From: an uncultured Bdellovibrionales bacterium
GTDB taxonomy: Bacteria; Patescibacteriota; Minisyncoccia; Moranbacterales; DUUL01
Direction of reading: 5' to 3'
Length of the DNA: 64,000 nt
Assembly (NCBI GenBank): GCA_964556685.1
Contig: CAZKWX010000001.1
Coordinates: 11,417 to 75,416, forward strand
This document shows positions 57,668 to 64,000 of this stretch, piece by piece (position 1 is the stretch's first letter; every line of letters starts with the position of its first letter). The notes under the pieces were generated by a model. The model worked only from the letters and a program-made list of their open reading frames with translations, had not been told where the DNA came from and searched no databases. The translations under genes were made by a program, and so were the position numbers.

Positions 57668-57950
57668 TGAGCCTGGTCACTATTTCCTTCTCCAATCTCT
57701 CACTTCCAACAATCCCCTGCTCCCGGTTGAATACTGCTTCTATCGTCGCAATTCAACGGGACAGGCCTTTATCTTCTCCGCCAATCCTTTATCTCGAGAA
57801 GACCACGACCTTTGTCCTTTACGGTGAATTTCTGATGTTCTTTCCAGTCATATTTTTCAACGAATTCTTTGGGAATGACCAAGGCATAGCTGTGAGACGA
57901 CATCTTGAGCAGTTTTCTTGTAGGCGTTTTCATTCGAATAAAATTAAGAT
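57668..57950. repeat. leader element, copy 2, with ~90-nt internal partial duplication
   Basis: Same blocks as copy 1, split by an insert (TCCCGGTTGAATACTGC...TTCTCCGCCAATCCTTTATCTC...) that re-iterates the 5' block. Confidence 0.6.
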
Positions 57951-58010
57951 TTTATTCGCGCAGATCGACGCTGACTAAACGCAGACTCACGCGGAATGTT
58001 TGATCAAGCC

Positions 58011-58042
58011 GTATATACAGTCGTATATACGTGGGTATATAC
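58011..58042. repeat. GTATATAC x3 array (family D)
   Basis: gtatatac-agtc-gtatatac-gtgg-gtatatac. Lies 10 nt downstream of the stop of the HAD gene on the other strand. Confidence 0.8.
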
Positions 58043-58052
58043 TTTTATACAG

Positions 58053-58667
58053 TTATCTCTCTGGATTATATTTTAATGACTCAATGTCTTTGCTGAATTT
58101 ATCAAAATCAACATACTGAACAAATTTGATTCCCAGCTTCTCTGAATTTTTTTTATTCTTCAAATTGTTATCAAAAAAAATACATTCATCCCCTTTATGT
58201 TCAATCACATCCAACCCCTTCTTAAAAAATTCAATGTCCGGTTTGATTAATCCCAAATTAAAAGAATAGACACATTTATCAAAAAATTTCTCATAGTCAA
58301 CCTTCTTTCTGTGTTCCTTGACTTCCATTCTGCTCATGTTTGAAAAAATGTAAAGCCTAAATTTTCCAAACAGCTGATTTTCAATGAATTTCAATATTTT
58401 TTCATTTGTTTCGATATGCTCATTAAAAAACTTGGCATAGAAATCTTCCTCTGATATGTCTTTTGCAGAAATGCCAATATCAGAAATAAAATTGGCATAA
58501 AATTCATGCTCGTCGATTTTATCAATGTCTCTCAAGTCCCGCCACTTTTTCCAAGCAGGTTCAATTTCCCCGTTTGGGTGAAACGTATTTTTTAGCCAAG
58601 CATTAAATGATTTATCGTCATATATCCTGATGACGCCACCAACGTCAAATAATATTATGTTTCTCAT
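58053..58667 (-). CDS. HAD-superfamily hydrolase
   Basis: ILFDVGGVI (DxG motif I). S/T motif II. K and FFDN motif IV. Confidence 0.65.
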   Translation of the reverse strand: MRNIILFDVGGVIRIYDDKSFNAWLKNTFHPNGEIEPAWKKWRDLRDIDKIDEHEFYANFISDIGISAKDISEEDFYAKFFNEHIETNEKILKFIENQLFGKFRLYIFSNMSRMEVKEHRKKVDYEKFFDKCVYSFNLGLIKPDIEFFKKGLDVIEHKGDECIFFDNNLKNKKNSEKLGIKFVQYVDFDKFSKDIESLKYNPER

Positions 58668-58684
58668 GTCTGATTGTGATTTTC

Positions 58685-58716
58685 GTATATACGAACGTAT
58701 ATACGTGGATATATAT
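58685..58716. repeat. GTATATAC array (two perfect copies plus a degenerate ATATATAT)
   Basis: gtatatac-gaac-gtatatac-gtgg-atatatat. Lies 18 nt upstream of the HAD start. Confidence 0.75.
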
Positions 58717-58898
58717 GTTTAAACTTCGTATGTCTTCTTCAGAGTTGCTTTTGTTAATAGTGATCACCAGCCCTTCGACTAACTCCCCTGAATTCAAAAC
58801 TAATGAATTCAGTCCCCTCTTAACAAGAGGGGAAATAGAATTTCCGCCGGAGTTTGTGCCGCACTTGCCGTATCCGCCTTTGGAGGAATGCGGTGCGG

Positions 58899-58918
58899 GA
58901 ATATACGAACGTATATAC
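58899..58918. repeat. GTATATAC array (two copies)
   Basis: gaatatac-gaac-gtatatac. Confidence 0.65.
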
Positions 58919-58977
58919 GCTTTGGCACGTCTCAGTCAACCACCCCTTCACCCCTCCTTTCTAAGGAGGGGAAATAT

Positions 58978-59685
58978 CTAATCTTCAATTATTGTTCCTT
59001 GGAATTTTTCTCCTTTGAATATCTTTTCAAGATTTTTTATGTTGCGACCTTCAGCTATGATAACCTTTAGACCCGTTTTTTGAGCATGTTTGGCTGCTAC
59101 TGGATCGAATGGCACATTGGCTCCCGGATCCCACTTATTTCCCACCAACTTACGAAATTCTTTCCAGTTCATGTTTTCGAATTTTTTGGCATCTTTATAC
59201 TTGTTGGGATCTTTATCACAAACATATTTTACATTGGAAAGATTGATGAGAGTTTTAGCATCCAGTCTTTCGGCCAGGATTGTTGCTACATAGTCGGTGG
59301 ACCAACCTGGTCGCCAACCAGCTGCAACCATGATGCCCTCTCCTTTTTTGAAATGTTTTTTCAGGTCCTCTTTGGTGCGAGGATTTTTGTTTATCCGGGG
59401 GTGAGCATAATCTCTGAAGATAGTTTTAATGAGATGGCCATTGAGTCTGGTTGAATGAACCCCAATCCAGTCACGGTCATCATTAGTCAGGTGGGCAGCC
59501 TTGCTGGCTGCTTGTTGATATTTTCTGGCCGTCTTTCCTCCTCCGGTGATGAGAACGAATTTTCTTCCATTTTTGATTTCCTTGATGATCAGCGCTCTGA
59601 ATTTCTTCAAGAATCTCCAATCAATTTTATCGGGAACGATCAGGGAGCCGCCCAGTGAGATTACTATGATTTCTTTTTTGGACAT
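58978..59685 (-). CDS. pyrH: amino-acid-kinase-family UMP kinase (archaeal type)
   Basis: IIVISLGGSLI N-terminus. VLITGGGKTARKY. IGVHSTRLNGHL. ~235 aa. Confidence 0.6.
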   Translation of the reverse strand: MSKKEIIVISLGGSLIVPDKIDWRFLKKFRALIIKEIKNGRKFVLITGGGKTARKYQQAASKAAHLTNDDRDWIGVHSTRLNGHLIKTIFRDYAHPRINKNPRTKEDLKKHFKKGEGIMVAAGWRPGWSTDYVATILAERLDAKTLINLSNVKYVCDKDPNKYKDAKKFENMNWKEFRKLVGNKWDPGANVPFDPVAAKHAQKTGLKVIIAEGRNIKNLEKIFKGEKFQGTIIED

Positions 59686-59701
59686 TTGATTTATTTTTTA
59701 A

Positions 59702-60148
59702 TTACCATGAAATATTTTTTGATCTGAAAAAAATTCTCGAACACAATGATCCCTCTTTTGCTGACTGAGTCAGCTCATCTGCTCGATCACTCCATCTTTG
59801 TTTAATGTATTGAGTGATACCCTTTTCGGTTTGTGGGACATTTGGTTCTCCTTTTATTATCGTTGCTGCATAGTCTCTCATAACAAGTATATAATCTCCC
59901 CTGTCGCTGGTGTCCTCTCCAATCAGTTCATCAATTTCAACAGTGACGCCAAGTTTGGTTGAGGCAGCTCTCCTTGCAATATCTTCCCATTTTTCTTCGG
60001 GATTCTTTTTTGATGCCGCTGGAAATCCCCAGTAACCAGGCATGCTGGCATCATCTAGTGGTCTTTTTACTATTAGGTATTTTGACTTATCCTCATTATA
60101 AATCACGAGAGCTGCTGAACAAACAACGGGTTTCGAATTATTTGTCAT
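59702..60148 (-). CDS. NUDIX-family hydrolase
   Basis: GYWGFPAASKKNPEEKWEDIARRAASTKLGV approximates the Nudix box G-x5-E-x7-REUxEExGU. Confidence 0.5.
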   Translation of the reverse strand: MTNNSKPVVCSAALVIYNEDKSKYLIVKRPLDDASMPGYWGFPAASKKNPEEKWEDIARRAASTKLGVTVEIDELIGEDTSDRGDYILVMRDYAATIIKGEPNVPQTEKGITQYIKQRWSDRADELTQSAKEGSLCSRIFFRSKNISW

Positions 60149-60194
60149 AATGCTTTTTTAAATTAGGAAATATTTATTCATTTTTCCTTAAAAC

Positions 60195-60254
60195 ATCAGG
60201 AGTCACCAGCCATTTTGACTAACTCCCCCTAGCCCCCTCTTACCAAGAGGGGGA
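60195..60254. repeat. family A element (short variant)
   Basis: CAGGAGTCACCAGCCATTTTGACTAACTCCCCCTAGCCCCCTCTTACCAAGAGGGGGAAC. Confidence 0.65.
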
Positions 60255-60318
60255 ACTATTGAACATTTGTAATTCACGTATTCGCGTCACTCGCATTCAT
60301 TCGCGGATTAGCATCGCA

Positions 60319-60768
60319 TTAATGGCAGCATTTGGCTGGAACGTAGCCCTTGTTTTTTGCATCCTCTTCGGAAGAAAAACAGACTCGATTCTCTGTTTTG
60401 ATCCTCGCGGCCCATTGGCATGATGGCAAGTGATATTTATCTGAATTTTTGCTGCCAACCAAGAGACATTCCTGATCTTGCTGAGCACCTTCATTATTAT
60501 TAACCGTATTTTGACCAACGTCAATTCCCTTCCTTTCCAACGCTTCTCCAAGTGTTTTGATTTTTTCCTGGGCGGGATTGGCTGCAGCCAGTTGATTGAG
60601 TTGGACATCAATTTTGGCCACTTGATTTTGCTTTTCGTGAGTTTGACCGGCCCGAAAACTTACTACTGCCACCAAAATCAAAGCCAAAACAGTCAAAATT
60701 TTTTGATCATGTTTTTGCCAAAATATCCTTATTTTATCTCCTAATGTCTTTTTATTTTGAGTTGACAA
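60319..60768 (-). CDS. TM-anchored protein with C-terminal Cys/His-rich putative metal-binding domain
   Basis: N-terminal TM helix. C-terminal CLLVGSKNSDKYHLPSCQWAARIKTENRVCFSSEEDAKNKGYVPAKCCH. Apparent TTG start. Confidence 0.4.
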   Translation of the reverse strand: MSTQNKKTLGDKIRIFWQKHDQKILTVLALILVAVVSFRAGQTHEKQNQVAKIDVQLNQLAAANPAQEKIKTLGEALERKGIDVGQNTVNNNEGAQQDQECLLVGSKNSDKYHLPSCQWAARIKTENRVCFSSEEDAKNKGYVPAKCCH

Positions 60769-60880
60769 ATCGGATTCTATACGATATTATTTACCTTAGT
60801 TTCTCGCATAGGAATAGTACCCTATGCGCGCGGATGTACGCAGACTTAACGCTGACACACGCGGGTAATTTATTTATTTA

Positions 60881-60960
60881 GGCGACCCTAATTTACCTGC
60901 CCGCAATGCTGCGCATGCAAAGCAGGCGGGCGAATGAATATTCGAATAACTCGAATGGAG
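60881..60960. repeat. family C-related element (GGCGACCCTAATTTACCTGCCCGC...CGAATGAATATTCGAATAACTCGAATGG)
   Basis: Shares the GGCGACCC head and CGAAT/ATTCG-rich body with 34203 and 63471. Confidence 0.5.
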
Positions 60961-60995
60961 GTGCTCGATTACGTGGATTATAACATATATTTAAT

Positions 60996-61076
60996 GTCAT
61001 TTCGACTGGAGCGTAGCGGAATGGAGAAATCTCGTTTTATTCATGAGATTCCTCGACTACGCTCGGAATGACAGCA
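60996..61076. repeat. MITE-like element family B
   Basis: GTCATTTCGACTGGAGCGTAGCGGAATGGAGAAATCTC ... GAGATTCCTCGACTACGCTCGGAATGACAG. Directly upstream of rpmA. Confidence 0.7.
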
Positions 61077-61082
61077 GGACTA

Positions 61083-61355
61083 ATGGCGCATAGAAAAGCT
61101 GGGGGCTCAACTGAACTTGGACGAGATTCTAAACCCAAATATCTTGGGGTGAAGCGTTTTGGTGGCCAAAAAGTTAAAAGCGGTGAAATTCTCATTCGTC
61201 AAAGAGGATCGAAATTCCGAGCCGGAAAAAATACGAAAATTACTTCCGACGACACCATTATCGCGGTCAAAGATGGTGAAGTTAGTTTTGTTACAAAAAA
61301 GATTAAAAAGTTTACTGGAAACCTGGAAACAGCGAAGATTGTTGAAGTGGTATAG
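61083..61355 (+). CDS. rpmA: 50S ribosomal protein L27
   Basis: MAHRKAGGSTELGRDSKPKYLGVKRFGGQKV..G.ILIRQRGSKF matches the L27 signature. C-terminal extension. ATG at 61083. Confidence 0.85.
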   Translation: MAHRKAGGSTELGRDSKPKYLGVKRFGGQKVKSGEILIRQRGSKFRAGKNTKITSDDTIIAVKDGEVSFVTKKIKKFTGNLETAKIVEVV

Positions 61356-61517
61356 AGTTTACGGATTACCCTACTTCGCTCTGACAAGCTACGAAGGGCA
61401 GGCAGATTGTTACAGATATACAGATAGAAAACGCTCTGTTCTAGGAGCTGTTTTTTTGTTGTTTTTTAAAAGAAAATCGCTCGATCAGGAGCGATTTCCC
61501 GTCGAACGATTAGATTC

Positions 61518-61733
61518 TTATGATATGTTTTTGAAATAGGTTCTCCTTGGCTCTTTTGTAAAGAGTGTCACGTAGAGAAACCCCTCCGCATCAACTCCAG
61601 CATGTCCTTCCAAGAAATCTTTGTAGATCTGAAACAATTTCTCAACCTCAACCTGTTCGTTTTCGCTTGTGTCAAAAATAGTGCCGTTGCTTTCCTTCCA
61701 TTTGTTGAGAACCTCTCTTAGCGTTGACTTCAT
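61518..61733 (-). CDS. hypothetical small protein
   Basis: 71-aa ORF between rpmA and pyrG. No motif. Confidence 0.25.
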   Translation of the reverse strand: MKSTLREVLNKWKESNGTIFDTSENEQVEVEKLFQIYKDFLEGHAGVDAEGFLYVTLFTKEPRRTYFKNIS

Positions 61734-61830
61734 TTTAAAATTCCTTTCTTTGAAAAATGATTTACAGTTACAATAAATTAACTAAAAAGCATAGCATAAT
61801 ACTACGCTTTTGTCAAGTCTTTAGGGATTT

Positions 61831-63465
61831 TTATTTCTTCGCTGCTTTGATAAATTCAAAGAAAAGCGGATTCGGCTTGAGTGGTCTTGAAGTAAATTCT
61901 GGATGAAATTGAGAGCCTAGCATGAAAGGATGAATGTCTCTACGAAGTTCAGCGATTTCCATAAGTCGTCGATCAGGTGAGATTCCCGAAAAAACAAAGC
62001 CTTCGTTTTGCAAACGCTTGATATATTTCAGATTCACTTCATAGCGATGACGATGCCTCTCTTTGATTTTTTGTTTTTTGTAGGCAGCGTATGCAATAGT
62101 TCTTTTCTTTATGTTGCAAGGATAGTTGCCTAGCCTCATTGTGGCGCCATAGTTGCTTTCTTCCATGTTTTTCTTTTGTTCAGGCATGAGGTCAATCACA
62201 GGATACTTTGATTTCGGTTTGATTTCCGTTGTGTGAGCTTCTTTCAAGCCAACTACATGACGAGCAAATTCAACAGTCATGAGCTGCATCCCATAGCAAA
62301 GTCCAAGGTATGGAATTTTATTTTCTCTAACATACTTTATTGCCTTTATTTTTCCTTCTACTCCGCGAGATCCAAACCCTCCTGGAACAATCACCCCATC
62401 GCACTTATCGAGCTCTGCTAATTTAGACGAATCTTTTTCATAAACTTCTGAATTCAACCAGATTATTTCTGGATTCAGGTTGTGAGCCCACGCAGCGTGG
62501 TTAATTGATTCAATCACGGAAATATAGGTGTCCCTGCAAGATTTTGAATTAAAATACTTACCAACTATTCCGATTCGAACAATGTTTTTTAACTTCTTAA
62601 TCTTCTTGGATAGCTTGATCCAATTCTGCATGTTAGTTTTTCTGGGCTTGAGACCCATCGAATTCAAAACAACGTTTCCGAAATTTTCTTTTTCAAAATT
62701 GACTGGGATGTCATAAATCGAATCAACATCTGGAGCCGACATTATTCTTTCTTTTGGCTGGCTGCAAACAGTGCTAATGGTTTGCTTGATGTCATCGGTA
62801 ACAGGCAAGTTTGCTCTGCAAAGAATAAAATCAGGAGAAATACCAGCAGAGTTCAAGGTTCGGATTGCATATTGAGTAGGCTTTGATTTTTGTTCTCCCA
62901 AAAGCCTTGGGGTAGGAAGATAGCTGGCCATAACAAAGAAAACGTTCTTTGGGTCTTTAATTTTCATCATTCTGGAGGCTTCCAGGAACAAAAGGAGTTG
63001 ATATTCTCCAATCGTTCCTCCAAATTCAACTATTGTTATTTCTGCTCTATTTTTCCTTTGACACTCCTTGATTCTTCGAATTATTTCATTAGGTACGTCA
63101 GGATAGACCTCAACGTCCTCACCGCCATACTCGAGATTTCTCTCTCGCTTGATCACCTCCCGATAAACTTGTCCCGTAGTTATATAGTTATCACATGTGC
63201 AGGTTTGATTCGTAAACCTTTCATAATTTCCAAGATCTTGATCGGCTTCAATCCCGTCGGAACCAACAAAAACCTCCCCATGTTCTGCTGGTCGAATTGT
63301 TCCAGCATCAACGTTCACGTACATGTCACACTTTATATTTGCAACCCGATAACCCTTTGAGTTTAAAATTTTTCCAATTGAAGCAGCCGCAACTCCTTTT
63401 CCAACAGATGACATGACTCCCCCAACAACAAAGATGAACTTTTTTACGCTTTTTGTTTTTTTCAT
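61831..63465 (-). CDS. pyrG: CTP synthase
   Basis: N-terminal synthetase domain (FVVGGVMSSVGKGVAAASIGKIL). C-terminal class-I glutamine amidotransferase (GLCYGMQ, HPEF). Confidence 0.95.
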   Translation of the reverse strand: MKKTKSVKKFIFVVGGVMSSVGKGVAAASIGKILNSKGYRVANIKCDMYVNVDAGTIRPAEHGEVFVGSDGIEADQDLGNYERFTNQTCTCDNYITTGQVYREVIKRERNLEYGGEDVEVYPDVPNEIIRRIKECQRKNRAEITIVEFGGTIGEYQLLLFLEASRMMKIKDPKNVFFVMASYLPTPRLLGEQKSKPTQYAIRTLNSAGISPDFILCRANLPVTDDIKQTISTVCSQPKERIMSAPDVDSIYDIPVNFEKENFGNVVLNSMGLKPRKTNMQNWIKLSKKIKKLKNIVRIGIVGKYFNSKSCRDTYISVIESINHAAWAHNLNPEIIWLNSEVYEKDSSKLAELDKCDGVIVPGGFGSRGVEGKIKAIKYVRENKIPYLGLCYGMQLMTVEFARHVVGLKEAHTTEIKPKSKYPVIDLMPEQKKNMEESNYGATMRLGNYPCNIKKRTIAYAAYKKQKIKERHRHRYEVNLKYIKRLQNEGFVFSGISPDRRLMEIAELRRDIHPFMLGSQFHPEFTSRPLKPNPLFFEFIKAAKK

Positions 63466-63470
63466 TTATT

Positions 63471-63570
63471 TAAGGCGACCCAAATTTACGAATTGACACT
63501 CGAATTTACGAATGAATTTCATTCGAGTCATTCGGATGAGAATTCGTATATTAGGATCGCATATTAAGAT
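63471..63570. repeat. Family C element (GGCGACCCAAATTTACGAATTGACACTCGAATTTACGAATGAATTTCATTCGAGTCATTCGGATGAGAATTCG...)
   Basis: Begins 6 nt upstream of the pyrG start codon. Same position relative to the start as the copy before GT1 at 34203. Confidence 0.6.
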
Positions 63571-63627
63571 TCAAAACAAAAACCGCTCCCCTAACAAAAA
63601 AGCGGCTCCTGAGTAGTTCTTAATCCG

Positions 63628-64000
63628 CTACTCAGCCTCCACAATTACTTTAATTTCAACCTCAATCCCATGATCGAGATTTATTTTAATCTTATGCTCC
63701 CCGATTTCTTTTATTGGATCGACTAAAATTATATATTTTTCTTCTAATTTCACTCCTTGGGCAGCCAATGCTTCTACGATCTCCTTGGCAACAACTGAAC
63801 CAAATAGTTTGTCGTCTTCTGCTTTTGACTTGATGACCACTTCACGCCCGTCAAGGTCTTCGGCGATTTCTTGAGCTTTTGCTAAATCTTCTTTCTCCTT
63901 TTCCGTTTGTTCTTTCTTGGCTTCTTCAGCTTTAGCTATGCTCTCAGGAGTGGCTGGTTCAGCTAAACCATTGGGAATTAAAAAATTTCTGGCAAATCCA
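63628..64000 (-). CDS. rplI: 50S ribosomal protein L9 (5' end beyond the window)
   Basis: The frame is open to the window edge. It encodes ...GFARNFLIPNGLAEPAT...KAEEAKKEQ...KLFGSVVAKEIVEALAAQGVKL, matching the L9 N-domain, linker helix and C-domain. Confidence 0.75.
   Translation of the reverse strand, partial: GFARNFLIPNGLAEPATPESIAKAEEAKKEQTEKEKEDLAKAQEIAEDLDGREVVIKSKAEDDKLFGSVVAKEIVEALAAQGVKLEEKYIILVDPIKEIGEHKIKINLDHGIEVEIKVIVEAE

Noticed and set aside
57123-57978. Plus-strand ORFs 57123..57308 and 57631..57978 encoding similar peptides (FVLDGHFLSFFPAVF / FVLYGEFLMFFPVIF)
   Set aside because: No RBS. Differences between the two copies are mostly non-synonymous. They overlap the upstream regions of well-initiated minus-strand genes. 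Interpreted as a duplicated non-coding element, though coding is not fully excluded.

Overview
AT-rich (~38-40% GC) bacterial chromosome segment. Gene content is consistent with a small-genome, CPR/Patescibacteria-like organism; this is an inference from gene content (F-type ATP synthase, L27/L9, Maf, signal peptidase I, and archaeal-flavoured RtcB and amino-acid-kinase-type UMP kinase). I found no rRNA, tRNA or CRISPR array. What is in the window: (1) An F0F1 ATP synthase operon (atpB-E-F-H-A-G ... D ... C) that is interrupted twice by non-ATPase genes, with MITE-like repeats at the junctions. (2) A large envelope-glycosylation island at ~10.4-26 kb. It holds four paralogous GT-C (PMT/ArnT-like) membrane glycosyltransferases, three TM-anchored calcineurin-like metallophosphoesterases (one fused to a beta-propeller-like repeat domain), a Dol-P-Man-synthase-like GT2 with a GtrA tail, an AbrB-type regulator, a Wzx-like flippase and a Tmk-like kinase. 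(3) A second glycan cluster at ~28-44 kb: GT1, GT2, NDP-sugar dehydrogenase, Wzy/O-antigen-ligase-like protein, DUF4012 protein, and rmlC-rmlB-rmlD without rmlA. (4) Housekeeping genes: RtcB, Nif3, M16 peptidase, AI-2E transporter, GT26 WecG/TagA, CDA-type deaminase, maf, a TrpR-like YerC/YecD protein, gltX, signal peptidase I, GNAT, a Cas4-like PD-(D/E)xK nuclease, HAD, pyrH-like kinase, NUDIX, rpmA, pyrG and rplI. The most striking feature is an exceptional density of short intergenic repeat families: hairpin modules CCYCTT-N3-AAGRGG; a ~100-nt three-hairpin element; a ~80-130-nt MITE with ATGTCAT...ATGAC terminal inverted repeats; GTATATAC triplet arrays at 12-bp phase; a perfect 26-bp palindrome that brackets the TrpR-like gene; and a GGCGACCC element abutting start codons. 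All coordinates and motifs were read directly from the sequence. Protein family calls rest on recognisable motifs and established family knowledge. No database search was possible.
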